Source of the DNA: a virus | Reading direction: 5' to 3' (one strand) | Length of the DNA stretch: 64,000 nt | Virus record (IMG/VR): IMGVR_UViG_3300025949_000016 | Part shown: positions 1 through 10,358 of the stretch, in pieces | Numbering within the stretch: the stretch's first letter is position 1 | Layout: each line of letters starts with the position of its first letter | The notes under the pieces: model-generated | What the model saw: only the letters and a program-made list of their open reading frames with translations | Database searches by the model: none | What the model was told of the DNA's origin: nothing | Made by a program: the position numbers and the translations under genes

Positions 1-83
1 ATGATTACGTAAAAGAACATTATGATCTTTTAGAAATAAATAAAATAAGGAGAGAGATTATTAACTCATTTAAATAATTAAAT

Positions 84-566
84 ATGGCAACTTGTAACTA
101 TTTTTGTAAATTTGAAAAAAAAGTAAGATCAAGTTTAAAAAAAAGTAAAAAAGAATATTCAACTAGTATAAACTTTGGTTCATTCATTATTGAATCTGAA
201 GATAACTATGAAGATGGAGATTCAATAGAGCTGGATGTAGAGTATTCTGAAACTGCTCATTGTTGTGGAGTAGTAGAATTAGGAGATATTGATGTTCAAG
301 ATGAAAATAAAGGCTTAATAAAAGAAGAGTGGAAAATTGAGTACATAAAATTGCTTCTTCTACATTTATTTAAAAATGAAACTTCAGGAAAATCTTGTAA
401 ATTATTTCAATTTACTATACCTATTAGATCTTATAGAGGAAAAATAATAGAAGACTATCTACTTTTTGAAAAAGGAGCTATAGCCGCAGGGTTTGAATGT
501 GTAGCAGAATTTAAGAATTCTAATTCTGGGAATTTATTACGACATTATATAAAATATAAATTATGA
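84..566 (+). CDS. GNAT-like protein (CCG ... F-x-N-x-x-SG family)
   Basis: HCCGVVEL and GFECVAEFKNSNSGN resemble the ORFs at 17200 and 18536. Confidence 0.45.
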   Translation: MATCNYFCKFEKKVRSSLKKSKKEYSTSINFGSFIIESEDNYEDGDSIELDVEYSETAHCCGVVELGDIDVQDENKGLIKEEWKIEYIKLLLLHLFKNETSGKSCKLFQFTIPIRSYRGKIIEDYLLFEKGAIAAGFECVAEFKNSNSGNLLRHYIKYKL

Positions 567-745
567 CTCAAAACTTAATATTGATTTATTTTATTATTGG
601 TATTACATATACTATTATAAACGGAGCGTTTAGAAAGCTAGATACAGATGGTGATTATTTATTGCCACTATCGTGGATACTTATCTGGCCTTTGTTTATA
701 CTAGCCTTAATTATTGACAGAACTATTAAACTCTTTAAAAAATGA
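563..745 (+). CDS. small membrane protein
   Basis: two hydrophobic segments; ATGA overlap with neighbours. Confidence 0.6.
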   Translation: MTQNLILIYFIIGITYTIINGAFRKLDTDGDYLLPLSWILIWPLFILALIIDRTIKLFKK

Positions 746-924
746 CATTTTTAAAAGCCGAACTTTTATTAATACTAATATTAATAATTTTATTTTTATT
801 AGATAGCTCTGAAGAGGATCAATTTGATGAATTTAGTAATAGAATAGGAAATATAGCCGCAGTTTGTACGTTTCTATTATTAATAAACACTATTATTTGT
901 ATATTTTATTATATAAAGATATGA
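742..924 (+). CDS. small membrane protein
   Basis: two hydrophobic segments around an acidic loop; ATGA overlaps. Confidence 0.55.
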   Translation: MTFLKAELLLILILIILFLLDSSEEDQFDEFSNRIGNIAAVCTFLLLINTIICIFYYIKI

Positions 925-1265
925 GACCTTTATCATTATCTAGAGAGCAATCAACCAAAATAATTGAAATGGCTAAAGAGTTATTTCCAGAATATATCAA
1001 TATTCGATTTGGAAAAAATTCTGAATATAATTTCATTTGGATGGACTCTATGCCAAGCACCAATCCTGATCCAGTAGACTTTCATTGGTTTGAGTTATGT
1101 ACAACTAAGATTGCTATAAGATTAGAGCAATTAATCAAGGAAAACCCTGAGCATAGAGAAATAATGGATTTTATACCTTTTATAGTAGTAGATGAAATGA
1201 TGATGAAAGGTAATCATCCAGTAGATATATTATATGAGCAATATAAAAAATTAAAAAATGAATAA
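921..1265 (+). CDS. hypothetical protein, paralogue of 2389..2757
   Basis: start re-assigned to ATG 921 (ATGA overlap); LSREQSTKIIEMAKELF resembles LTKDQQEKLLEMAKWTF. Confidence 0.6.
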   Translation: MRPLSLSREQSTKIIEMAKELFPEYINIRFGKNSEYNFIWMDSMPSTNPDPVDFHWFELCTTKIAIRLEQLIKENPEHREIMDFIPFIVVDEMMMKGNHPVDILYEQYKKLKNE

Positions 1266-1752
1266 GCTTGATAGAGATAAACAACATGAAGAATCTGATA
1301 AAGATTATAAAAAGCGGCTAACGGAATTTTATAAATCAGAGCGAGCTGAGTTAAAAGAACATCCTCATATAAGATTTCATGCCTCTAATAAAGTAGAAGA
1401 TTTAGCGGATATTATTCATAAATTACATATCTTAAGTAAACCTACTTATTACTTAGATGGATCACCTCATTGTGATTCAAGCAAAGATAGATCTGAAAAT
1501 GATCTTTATTTATTAGTAAGATATTACATAAATCCTAAAATAACATTTAAATTTTGTAGTGAATTATTATGGGAGATGTATAATTTTGGATATAATGCAA
1601 ATATAGGATGTGGAAAATTTTTTCATATGCATTTCTGTCATACGATCAATAGGCATTGTTATACTGCAGTTAGACTAGCAATGAAAGTTGATGAAATAAG
1701 AGACTATCTAAAAGAAAAAAATTTAAACTTAAAAGTAAGAAAAGACTTATGA
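1258..1752 (+). CDS. hypothetical protein
   Basis: 164-aa ORF overlapping both neighbours. Confidence 0.6.
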   Translation: MNKLDRDKQHEESDKDYKKRLTEFYKSERAELKEHPHIRFHASNKVEDLADIIHKLHILSKPTYYLDGSPHCDSSKDRSENDLYLLVRYYINPKITFKFCSELLWEMYNFGYNANIGCGKFFHMHFCHTINRHCYTAVRLAMKVDEIRDYLKEKNLNLKVRKDL

Positions 1753-2387
1753 ATCATTTAAAATTTAATCCAGATGAATCAAGTAAGATATGGATAACAT
1801 CAGACTTCCATTTTAGTCATAAAAATATTATAAAATCAACCTCTAGTTGGCAATATAAAGATATATGTAGAGAGTTTGATAGCGTAGATCATCATGATCA
1901 GTATTTAGTTTATTTAATAAATAAGTACGTAAAATACAATCATACATTAATCTTTGCAGGTGATTGGTCTTTTGCAGGATTTGAAAACATTGAAAAATTC
2001 TACTGGCAACTAGAATGTCATAATATCCATTTTGTATTAGGTAATCACGATCATCATGTTGAAAAGAATAAAGAGAATATTCAAAAATTATTTCTATCTG
2101 TTCAAGATCGATTACATATAGAAATTGGAGATAGAAATTTTATCGTTCAACACATTCCTTTAGAAACTTGGGAAGGAATATTTAAAGGTTGGTTTCATCT
2201 ATTTGGCCACCAACATTCTAATAGAATAGGACCTGGAAGAAAAATGGATATTGGAATAGATAAAGCCGGTAATTTATATAAACCTTATAATATAGATGAA
2301 ATCTTAGAAATATTAGAACCTATTGAAATTCAAGGAGGAATAGGCGATTCTAATATAGAAGTAGAAACAAAATTAAAAAGAAAATAA
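1749..2387 (+). CDS. calcineurin-like metallophosphoesterase
   Basis: SDFH, GD, GNHD and GHQH motifs. Confidence 0.9.
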   Translation: MNHLKFNPDESSKIWITSDFHFSHKNIIKSTSSWQYKDICREFDSVDHHDQYLVYLINKYVKYNHTLIFAGDWSFAGFENIEKFYWQLECHNIHFVLGNHDHHVEKNKENIQKLFLSVQDRLHIEIGDRNFIVQHIPLETWEGIFKGWFHLFGHQHSNRIGPGRKMDIGIDKAGNLYKPYNIDEILEILEPIEIQGGIGDSNIEVETKLKRK

Positions 2388-2388
2388 T

Positions 2389-2757
2389 ATGAAATTAGAT
2401 CCCAGCTTTAAATTTGTACTAACGAAAGATCAGCAAGAAAAATTACTTGAAATGGCTAAGTGGACGTTTGAAGATTTAGAAGTAACAAGTAACCATTATG
2501 AGACATTTACTGTTAAATTGAAAAAAGATAATTCTTCAACATGGGAGTTTATAAATCATCTCACTTTATTACTTTTTCATATACCAATGAAACTTGGAAT
2601 GGATGTTGTTATATGCGATCCTCAAAATCCTAATGTATTATTTGATCAAATTTATGAAAAATATTGCATATATAATGATATACCAGAAAAAGCAGTTAGA
2701 AAAAGTAAATATAAAAATAGTATAGAATATGATGATGAGTGCTTATATATGATATGA
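2389..2757 (+). CDS. hypothetical protein, paralogue of 921..1265
   Basis: shared N-terminal motif. Confidence 0.55.
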   Translation: MKLDPSFKFVLTKDQQEKLLEMAKWTFEDLEVTSNHYETFTVKLKKDNSSTWEFINHLTLLLFHIPMKLGMDVVICDPQNPNVLFDQIYEKYCIYNDIPEKAVRKSKYKNSIEYDDECLYMI

Positions 2758-3479
2758 GAAGTTTAGTAGTAGGAGATTTACATGGAAATAATTATGCTTT
2801 TGAAAGAGCAATACAAGAATTTGAAAGAGAAAAGCAGGATGAAATAATATTTATAGGTGATTACGTAGATGCCTATCATTATACAGATGTAGAAATACTC
2901 CATTTATTAAATCAAGTTATAAACTATAAGAAAGAAAACCCAGAAAAAGTTCAATTATTATTAGGCAATCACTGTGTCCAATATTATTACCTTGGAAATG
3001 ACTGGTTTAAATGCTCTGGATTTAGAAAAACTTATGCACTTGAAGTTCATAAGCTCTTTATGGATAATAAAGATCTCTTTAAGATAGGATATCAACAAGG
3101 AGAATATTTATTTACTCATGCTGGAATAACTAGTAAATGGTATGAAAGATATTATGATCGCCTTATCTATCACTGTCCAGGAGATTTAAAGTATAATTTT
3201 GCAGATACATTAAATATTATGAAGGATACTTTTGATAATTGGATTCTGGGCTCAATAGGACGAATTAGAGGAGGTTTTGGAATAGGAGGACCCTTATGGG
3301 CAGATAAGTCTGAAATGGGTAAATATGAATCTTATAGAGGTTTTAAGCAAGTAGTTGGACACAGTCGTGTAAATGACATAATAGAAGAACCGTGGGATGT
3401 TACTTTTATAGATTGTCTTCATAGGAGAATAAAGTTTTTAACTATTGATCATGAAAAGAAACAAGAAATATGTAATTGA
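2754..3479 (+). CDS. calcineurin-like metallophosphoesterase
   Basis: GDLHG, GDYVD, GNH, THAG, GPLW, VVGHS; start re-assigned to ATG 2754. Confidence 0.9.
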   Translation: MRSLVVGDLHGNNYAFERAIQEFEREKQDEIIFIGDYVDAYHYTDVEILHLLNQVINYKKENPEKVQLLLGNHCVQYYYLGNDWFKCSGFRKTYALEVHKLFMDNKDLFKIGYQQGEYLFTHAGITSKWYERYYDRLIYHCPGDLKYNFADTLNIMKDTFDNWILGSIGRIRGGFGIGGPLWADKSEMGKYESYRGFKQVVGHSRVNDIIEEPWDVTFIDCLHRRIKFLTIDHEKKQEICN

Positions 3480-3654
3480 ATATAGAAGAAAATTAAGAAA
3501 CCTACAACATCCTCCAGAAAAGATACTTAGAAAAGTAGACCAACAGGAAGATGAAATAAAAAACTGGGAAAAAAGATACGGCTTTCATGAACTTCAACTG
3601 CCATTTTGGCAGCCAGTAACAGATGATTTACCTTTTCCTACACCACCCTATTAA
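3445..3654 (+). CDS. small hypothetical protein
   Basis: 69-aa ORF filling the gap before a promoter. Confidence 0.45.
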   Translation: MIMKRNKKYVIEYRRKLRNLQHPPEKILRKVDQQEDEIKNWEKRYGFHELQLPFWQPVTDDLPFPTPPY

Positions 3655-3662
3655 AAAATAAA

Positions 3663-3694
3663 TTTGGTAATTTCGTTTATTTGTTCTAACTTTG
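3663..3694 (+). promoter_or_regulatory. Bacteroidota sigma-A-type promoter
   Basis: TTTG (3663) - 20 nt - TAACTTTG (3687-3694); ATG at 3699. Confidence 0.8.
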
Positions 3695-3698
3695 CATC

Positions 3699-4241
3699 AT
3701 GAGGTTAGAAAACTTAGACGACGTACTAAAAGTATGTGCCAAAAATAATATCAGTCCCAATGAATACCTTTTGCTTTATTGTTTGTTGAAAAACAAACCA
3801 TTACCTCCTCGTTTAAATGATGTTCATTATAAGATAACATTATTTGTAACAGGATATTTAAATAATAAATATGAGCTTTTACCAAAAGCATTAAATCTCT
3901 TTTACGAAGAGATTGATACAGAAAAAGTAGAACAATATAGGTTATTGTGGCCGAGTTTAATATTACCTAGTGGTAAAAATGCACGTTGTTCATTAAAAGA
4001 ATTGCAACCTAAATTCAAATGGTTCTTTGATAATTATGAATATGATTGGAATACAATAATGAAAGCTACTCAAGAATATATAAAATATTATAGTGAACGT
4101 GGTTATAACTTTATGAGAACCTCTTCTTATTTTATATATAAGGAAAGTGTTCCTAAATTTAGAACCTCAACACTAGCTGAATGGTGCGATAAAGTATTAA
4201 ATGGAAATGCCCTACATGAGAGTTTTGATATAGATATATAA
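3699..4241 (+). CDS. putative replication initiator/helicase-associated protein
   Basis: HTH-like N-terminus; directly upstream of and overlapping the helicase. Confidence 0.5.
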   Translation: MRLENLDDVLKVCAKNNISPNEYLLLYCLLKNKPLPPRLNDVHYKITLFVTGYLNNKYELLPKALNLFYEEIDTEKVEQYRLLWPSLILPSGKNARCSLKELQPKFKWFFDNYEYDWNTIMKATQEYIKYYSERGYNFMRTSSYFIYKESVPKFRTSTLAEWCDKVLNGNALHESFDIDI

Positions 4242-5275
4242 TGTCTTTATTTAAGCGAGCGCTGGAGAGGATTGAAGAAAATAAATTAAAGAAATTTAAT
4301 TGTATTCCATTTGATGAAAAATTACCAAGAACATCTGAATACTTAAGTGGACCTCAGCAAGGTAGATATTATATAGTTTCAGGAGCATCTGGTGCCGGTA
4401 AGTCACAATTAACAGATGAATTATTCGTATTTACTCCATTTGAATTTACATTAAATAATAAAGAAATAGATATAGATATTCTTTATTGGTCATTAGAGTT
4501 AGATGGAGAAACCAAAATGCATCAGTGGATTGCCAAAAGACTATATGAAAACTATGGCATAAGAACAAATGTAGATATAATTAGATCAGTTGGTAAAGTA
4601 AGAATCAATGATAATATTCATATGGCAGTTAAAGAAACCAATGAATATTTTAGTAAATTAGAATCAAAGTTAAAGTTTTATGAAGGTTCTTATAGCCCTT
4701 CTAATATAATAGAGGAGATTGAAAATTATTCAATTCAAAATGGAAAACTAGATAATAATGGAGTGTATATTCCAAATAATCCTAATAGATATGTAATAAT
4801 AATAGTTGACCATGCTTCTTTATTATCGTTAGAACCTAATATGAATATTAAACTTTGTATAGAAAAGTTATCCAAATACTTTGTCAAATGTAAAAATAAC
4901 TATAAATACATACCTGTTCTTATTCAGCAACAGAGTGCTGAGAAAGAAAACGTAGATCATTATAAAGCATCTAAAATGGAGCCATCTAAAGATGGACTGG
5001 CAGAATCTAAGTTAACATATAATGATTGTGATGTAGCACTAGGTATATTTCAACCACAAAAACACGAAATAAGAAATTATAGAGGATATGATATGACACT
5101 CACAGGAGACGCTTATAGAAATTTCTCTATATTCAAAAACAGATTTGGTATCTCAAATATAAATGTAGGTTTATATTTCGATGGTGCAACCAATTTCTGG
5201 AAAGAAATGCCCAAGAAGGAAAACATTAACACTACTCATTATGATATGATTAGGAAAAGAAATCCTAATTGGTAA
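4241..5275 (+). CDS. dnaB: DnaB-like (SF4) replicative helicase
   Basis: Walker A GASGAGKS, SLE, IIVDH Walker B, KNRFG arginine finger. Confidence 0.88.
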   Translation: MSLFKRALERIEENKLKKFNCIPFDEKLPRTSEYLSGPQQGRYYIVSGASGAGKSQLTDELFVFTPFEFTLNNKEIDIDILYWSLELDGETKMHQWIAKRLYENYGIRTNVDIIRSVGKVRINDNIHMAVKETNEYFSKLESKLKFYEGSYSPSNIIEEIENYSIQNGKLDNNGVYIPNNPNRYVIIIVDHASLLSLEPNMNIKLCIEKLSKYFVKCKNNYKYIPVLIQQQSAEKENVDHYKASKMEPSKDGLAESKLTYNDCDVALGIFQPQKHEIRNYRGYDMTLTGDAYRNFSIFKNRFGISNINVGLYFDGATNFWKEMPKKENINTTHYDMIRKRNPNW

Positions 5276-5593
5276 ATGTATAAAGGCAAGCTAAGAAGAG
5301 ATTTGAAAAACCAATTTTTAAGAATTAAAATCCAAAGAATGACTAAGAAAATCAATCAGAATCAATTAATCGGACAGTTTATCAGTAAAAATAAAAAAAG
5401 AAAATTAACCACTTATGAAATTACCACCATGGTAAATAAGGGACTTCCTAGAGGTGTAAAGAAGCTTACCCCTATACAGGTTAGTAAGTGCTTAAGTAGG
5501 TTTAGTATAAAAGGTGTAGTAAAAATTGCAGATTCTAATGGTGTTCATCCCAAAACTGGCCTAAAAGCCAATAGATGGACATATAGTGCGTAA
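5276..5593 (+). CDS. basic winged-HTH-like protein
   Basis: LTTYEI...LTPIQVSKCLSRF...GVVK pattern; very basic. Confidence 0.45.
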   Translation: MYKGKLRRDLKNQFLRIKIQRMTKKINQNQLIGQFISKNKKRKLTTYEITTMVNKGLPRGVKKLTPIQVSKCLSRFSIKGVVKIADSNGVHPKTGLKANRWTYSA

Positions 5594-5631
5594 GTAGTGA
5601 TTCTTAGTTTGCCTTTATTTAAAAAGTAAAT

Positions 5632-6135
5632 ATGAAAAATATAATATGTATAGGTCCAATATGCTCTGGAAAAACTACGTGGTCTTTAGATTTTGTTAGA
5701 AATAACGATGATTATATAAGATTTAGTCTAGATGAGTTTAGAATGATGACAAATGGCTCTATATCATCCGATAAAATTGATGATAGATTTATGGCCATTA
5801 TGTACAACTTTATAATAAATATAAACTTTCATAAAAAAGGATTAATAATAGATAATCTTCCACTCAATATTGATTGGTTTAATGTAGTACTAAACGGCAG
5901 CTCTAAAGACGTGCAGATAAAACTCTTCGATGTAGAATTAAGAGAATCTATACTTAGAAATCATAAAAGAAAAAGAGAAGGTGGTCATTTTTTACTTCCA
6001 ACAGTTATTTCAGAATATATGGAAAAATACAGAAATTTCTTAGACTCAAATGAATTTAAGAAATTTACAATAAATAAAAGAGTAGAAGTAATAATAGATG
6101 ATTTTGTAAATATAAATAAACAATTTATTGCGTAA
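5632..6135 (+). CDS. P-loop kinase (polynucleotide kinase-like)
   Basis: GPICSGKTT, DEFR, IIDN, RNHKR lid. Confidence 0.8.
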   Translation: MKNIICIGPICSGKTTWSLDFVRNNDDYIRFSLDEFRMMTNGSISSDKIDDRFMAIMYNFIININFHKKGLIIDNLPLNIDWFNVVLNGSSKDVQIKLFDVELRESILRNHKRKREGGHFLLPTVISEYMEKYRNFLDSNEFKKFTINKRVEVIIDDFVNINKQFIA

Positions 6136-6161
6136 AATGAAAATGAAAACTATGAAAACGA

Positions 6162-6845
6162 ATGGCTAATTCTGCACTAATTTTTGGTGAATCTAAAACA
6201 GGTAAGTCAACTTCTATTGAAAAGTTAGATCCTGCTACAACTTTTATTATCAATGTGGCAGATAAACCTCTACCTTTTAGAGGTTGGAGGTCTAAATATG
6301 TACCATTTAATTCTAAAGAAAAGACAGGAAATATTATTTCTATAAGAAGAGTTGATCATATATTAAAAGTATTAGATATAATAGATAAAGAAATGCCACA
6401 CGTTAAAACAATTGTGTTGGAAGATTTTCAATATATGTCTGCATTTGAATTTATGCTAAGAATAAAAGAGAATGGATACAATAAGTTTAATGATATAGCT
6501 AGTAATATTTTAACAGTTGCTAGTATTAAGCCTCAAGAAATGAGGAAAGATCTTATTATCTTTTATTTAAATCATGAAGAAGATGAAGTTGATGATAAAG
6601 GAGTAGTTAAAATAAGAGCAAAAACCTGCGGAAAGTTAATTAATAAGCTTATAACTTTTGAAGGATTATTTACTACTGTTTTAAGATCTAATAATAGAAG
6701 TGGTGAGAAAGGTATTGAATATTTCTTTGAAACCCAAAGTAATGGAACAACTACCGCAGGTACTCCAAAAGGAATGTTTGAAGAAGTAGAAATACCTAAC
6801 GACCTTGAACTAGTCAGGAAAGCCATTATAGATTACGAACAATAA
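6162..6845 (+). CDS. Sak4-like/AAA_24 ATPase (recombinase)
   Basis: GESKTGKS, KPLPF, IVLEDFQY; adjacent to SSB. Confidence 0.8.
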   Translation: MANSALIFGESKTGKSTSIEKLDPATTFIINVADKPLPFRGWRSKYVPFNSKEKTGNIISIRRVDHILKVLDIIDKEMPHVKTIVLEDFQYMSAFEFMLRIKENGYNKFNDIASNILTVASIKPQEMRKDLIIFYLNHEEDEVDDKGVVKIRAKTCGKLINKLITFEGLFTTVLRSNNRSGEKGIEYFFETQSNGTTTAGTPKGMFEEVEIPNDLELVRKAIIDYEQ

Positions 6846-6867
6846 TAAAAATTAAATTCCGTATAAT

Positions 6868-7509
6868 ATGAATTATGATTTGTCAAAACTAGACGCGAGT
6901 CAAAAGCAAGCCAATTTATCCCCTTATCTTACCTATGGATCTAATCAAGTATTGAAGATTAATGACATTGAGTTAAAGTATTCTAAGAATACTGGATCTC
7001 CAAAGGCCATTCTTCATATGGAAACTCCTCCTATAACAACGGATGGATTTACTCCACTAGAAGGATTTAAAGGTAAAGTTGGTAAAGTTGCTTGTGGTGT
7101 ATATATGAAAGATGAATCTTCTAAACAATTATTTCTTAGAAAGATGCTTACAATTGCTATTGCAATGGGTATTGATGATGAAATAAGAGGATTTAAGGGA
7201 GATTCTTTTCAAACTATTGTAGGTAAAATAGCCGACGTTTTTAATAAGAACGGTAAGTTTGCTAGGTTTACTGTATTTGGAGAAGAATATCCTAAGATGG
7301 GCGGTAAATATGGAGTAACACTTTCCTTACCTAGAACAAACTTTGTAGAAGCAGAAAATGCCGATCCTTCTATGCTTGTTCAATTTGATAAGAATGATCC
7401 TTGGCATTATAAAAAGCTTCCTGAAGGAACATCTATAGAAGGTTTTCATGATAATGGTACAGGTAGTGGAGGTAGTTTAGATAGTGATGTTCAAGATCTC
7501 CCTTTTTAA
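6868..7509 (+). CDS. single-stranded DNA-binding protein
   Basis: Gly-rich acidic tail ending QDLPF; lies between the ATPase and primase. Confidence 0.7.
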   Translation: MNYDLSKLDASQKQANLSPYLTYGSNQVLKINDIELKYSKNTGSPKAILHMETPPITTDGFTPLEGFKGKVGKVACGVYMKDESSKQLFLRKMLTIAIAMGIDDEIRGFKGDSFQTIVGKIADVFNKNGKFARFTVFGEEYPKMGGKYGVTLSLPRTNFVEAENADPSMLVQFDKNDPWHYKKLPEGTSIEGFHDNGTGSGGSLDSDVQDLPF

Positions 7510-7539
7510 GCTGTTGTTAAAATCCATATATTAAAATTG

Positions 7540-7565
7540 AAGCCTCTCCCTTGCGAGAGGCTTTT
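7540..7565 (+). terminator. intrinsic terminator after SSB
   Basis: AAGCCTCTC-ccttgc-GAGAGGCTT followed by T. Confidence 0.65.
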
Positions 7566-7577
7566 AAATTGAATGAA

Positions 7578-8576
7578 ATGTATAAATATGACTTAAACAA
7601 TATTATTGAAACAATAAACGATGTACCGGAGGAGTGGATTTACAAGTATTATTATGAACAGAGATTCTTAGGTGATCCCAATCCTTTAAGAGGGAAAATC
7701 TATCAACCGTTTGATGGTAGAATAATAAGAGTGAGATCTGCTGTTTCTAGAGATACAAATCCATCACTGGTATTTTATTATAAAAATGGACACTACTTAT
7801 GGAATGATTTTTCTAGTGGTATGAAAGGAGATGCCGTAGCTTTTGTATCTTATATTCTAAATAAAAATAGAAGTCAAGCAGAAATTAACATTTTATATAG
7901 TTATGAAGAATTCTTATCCAATGGAGGAGAAATTAAACCTATTATTATAAGGGAAAGAGAAAAAGCAATCTTTGAACCAATAACAAAATCATTTTCTCAA
8001 TATTCTATAGAAGACTTTGCAAGTTATAAAATATCTCTTTCTACATTAAATTTCTATAAAGTTAAACAATTAGATGAATACAAAATAAAAAAAGGTTCTA
8101 CTATTACTACTCATACAGGATATACTTTCGGATTTTTTTGCAATAAAGGATTATATCAAATATATAGTCCTGGAATGGAGAAAAATAAATATATCCATGT
8201 TGATACGTCTTATCTTATAGGTAGTGAACAATTAGAATTTAAAAGTGATAATTGTCTAATCATATCTGGCCTTAAAGATATAATGGCACTTAGAGACCTT
8301 CAGTTAGACGTTGAATGTGTTGCAGGTTTATCAGAAACTTCTTTATTATCATATGATCAAATAGACTTTTTACGCAGTCATTATAAATTTATATTAACTA
8401 TGTTTGATAATGATAGAGCAGGATTAGAAGGTATGAGAAGATATAAAAAAGTGTATGATATAGACTTTGTGCATGTTCAAATGGAAAAAGATTTAGCTGA
8501 AAATAACCGGTCATACAGTCCAGAGTTTCTAAGAGCTGGTTATACTATACTTATAAATAAAAAAATTAATATGTGA
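7578..8576 (+). CDS. DNA primase (TOPRIM)
   Basis: DTNPSL, WNDFSSG, SGLKD, FDNDRAG, KDLAE; ATG 7578 preferred to the TTG inside the hairpin. Confidence 0.8.
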   Translation: MYKYDLNNIIETINDVPEEWIYKYYYEQRFLGDPNPLRGKIYQPFDGRIIRVRSAVSRDTNPSLVFYYKNGHYLWNDFSSGMKGDAVAFVSYILNKNRSQAEINILYSYEEFLSNGGEIKPIIIREREKAIFEPITKSFSQYSIEDFASYKISLSTLNFYKVKQLDEYKIKKGSTITTHTGYTFGFFCNKGLYQIYSPGMEKNKYIHVDTSYLIGSEQLEFKSDNCLIISGLKDIMALRDLQLDVECVAGLSETSLLSYDQIDFLRSHYKFILTMFDNDRAGLEGMRRYKKVYDIDFVHVQMEKDLAENNRSYSPEFLRAGYTILINKKINM

Positions 8577-8896
8577 AAAATAACCTTAAAATATTATTAT
8601 CAGCTTATGATGCAAAAGAAAGGCTAATATCTCATTTTGGAATAATTGAAGTAGGTTTAAAAAGTGGTCAGCATTTAAGAAATGAAATGAAATTTGAGTT
8701 TGATAAATTTACTAAATATAATGGGTTTAAACCTAGTTATATGTCTTGCAGGTTTATATTTATAGATCCAGATAAAGAAGATATTGAATATAGAAAATGT
8801 CAACGTTGGCCAGGTTATGAAATTATAAGTAATAAATTTCAAACTACTTTATTTTACTATAAACCAGATATTGGTGTACAATATAAAACTATTTAG
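8573..8896 (+). CDS. hypothetical protein
   Basis: 107-aa ORF with GTGA overlap. Confidence 0.5.
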   Translation: MKNNLKILLSAYDAKERLISHFGIIEVGLKSGQHLRNEMKFEFDKFTKYNGFKPSYMSCRFIFIDPDKEDIEYRKCQRWPGYEIISNKFQTTLFYYKPDIGVQYKTI

Positions 8897-8898
8897 TT

Positions 8899-9303
8899 AT
8901 GAATAAGTGTTGTTTTTATGGATCACTTAGAAAGGCTATGTATAATTATACTAAAATAATTAATAAGCATGGAGTAAATTCAATGAAATATATAAAGACT
9001 ATAAAACTTCCTGGATTTACTTTATACGATACTAATTTAGGATACCCGACCGCTATTAGATCTTTCGGTGATAATATAATAGTAGTAGATCTATTTGAAT
9101 TAGATGATCATGCATTTGAATCCATAGAGTATATGGAAGTTAATGCAGGTTATGAAGAAGATTTTGTGAGTATTGACGACCAAACATATAGTATATTCTT
9201 ATTTAGCTCCAATCAAATAGAAGAAAACTTTAAATTAATCACAAGTGGTGATTGGATAATGTACGTTAATAAATCAATCTTTATAAAACAATTAAATAAT
9301 TAA
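8899..9303 (+). CDS. gamma-glutamylcyclotransferase (GGACT/AIG2-like)
   Basis: FYGSLRK..N, LGYP, IEYME, SGDW. Confidence 0.85.
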   Translation: MNKCCFYGSLRKAMYNYTKIINKHGVNSMKYIKTIKLPGFTLYDTNLGYPTAIRSFGDNIIVVDLFELDDHAFESIEYMEVNAGYEEDFVSIDDQTYSIFLFSSNQIEENFKLITSGDWIMYVNKSIFIKQLNN

Positions 9304-9306
9304 GAT

Positions 9307-9711
9307 ATGTTAATGCAATCTAAGAAAAAAGTTAAGAAAGTTAATTCTCAATTAAAACCTAAACCAACTCATTTTTATCTTAGAATATTTTCAAGGCATC
9401 CTAGTACAGAAAAGATTAGACATAAAATACTTGTTCCAAAAGTTAAAGCTGTTTATAGACATGGATCTACCACTGTATCTAATTTTGAATATGAAGTTAA
9501 TAGTATTGACTGTATAAAGAATAGTGCTGATAAACTATTAATGAAAAAATGCTTTGATAAAGCAGAAGTTCATCATGCTCCTTGGTTTCATATGAGTGAG
9601 ATTGAATCTAAGAAGAAAGAGTTTGAAGAATTTCTAAAAAAGATTGATTTTGAAAAAGATAAAGAGTCTTTCTTAATTATTAAGAATCGTTGGGGATCTA
9701 GAGGAGTTGGT
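9307..9711 (+). CDS. ATP-grasp ligase, exon 1 (135 codons)
   Basis: NSADKLLMK and IIKNRWGSRGVG ATP-grasp loop; ends in T at the 5' splice site. Confidence 0.85.
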
Positions 9712-9720
9712 GAAATATCT

Positions 9721-9752
9721 TTTGGTTAATTGAAAGATTTTTCGTATATTGT
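9721..9752 (+). promoter_or_regulatory. intron-internal promoter candidate for the endonuclease
   Basis: TTTG - 20 nt - TATATTGT; ATG at 9756. Confidence 0.55.
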
Positions 9753-9755
9753 TAT

Positions 9756-10358
9756 ATGGAAGAAAAAATAACAATATATGCATTGATTGATCCAATATCA
9801 CTAAAAATTAGATATATTGGTAGAACAAAATGCTCCCTTAAAAAAAGATTAAGAGAACATATAAGTAAAGCTAAAAATAATTATAACAATACTCATAAAT
9901 CAAATTGGATTAAAAGTCTTTTAAGGATTAATCTAAAACCTTTTATAAGAAAACTAACTATTATAGATGGGTGGACAGAATCTCATAAATTTGAAAGATA
10001 TTTAATTAATAAATATAAGCATAGGCTTTTGAATCACGATGATAGAGGTGAAGGTGAGATGTTTAGAGAAATTTCACTTGAGCAAAGAAAAAAAATTTCA
10101 AATACTTTAAAAGAATACTTTGAAATAAATAAAAATAATCTATCTTGGTGTAAGAAAGTATATGCATATTCTTATGATGGAGTGTTTATAAGTGAGCATC
10201 CATCAATAAGACAAGCAAGTAAGGATTTAAGAGTAAAGGAAAGAACTATAAGAAATAGTTGTTATAATAAAACAAAATATCCAAAAATTGGTCATAAACA
10301 ATTTAGCTTTATAAAAGTAGAATCAATGAAAAATTGGACAATAAAAACAGAGAGTTAA
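9756..10358 (+). CDS. GIY-YIG homing endonuclease with NUMOD1-like C-terminus
   Basis: IYAL...RYIG...RLREH...E...N; KKVYAYSYDG...SIRQAS. Confidence 0.9.
   Translation: MEEKITIYALIDPISLKIRYIGRTKCSLKKRLREHISKAKNNYNNTHKSNWIKSLLRINLKPFIRKLTIIDGWTESHKFERYLINKYKHRLLNHDDRGEGEMFREISLEQRKKISNTLKEYFEINKNNLSWCKKVYAYSYDGVFISEHPSIRQASKDLRVKERTIRNSCYNKTKYPKIGHKQFSFIKVESMKNWTIKTES

Noticed and set aside
83-114. TAAATTTG promoter-like box at 107-114
   Set aside because: Lies inside the ORF, and the upstream box reads TATG; weak support
3620-3654. DDLPF SSB-tail mimic in the 69-aa ORF
   Set aside because: Motif is followed by PTPPY, so it is not C-terminal as SSB-tail binding requires
7551-7577. TTG start for primase
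   Set aside because: Falls inside a terminator hairpin; ATG 7578 is more plausible
9307-9729. 140-aa ORF as a standalone gene or pseudogene
   Set aside because: It is exon 1; the last codons (EISFG*) are intron sequence
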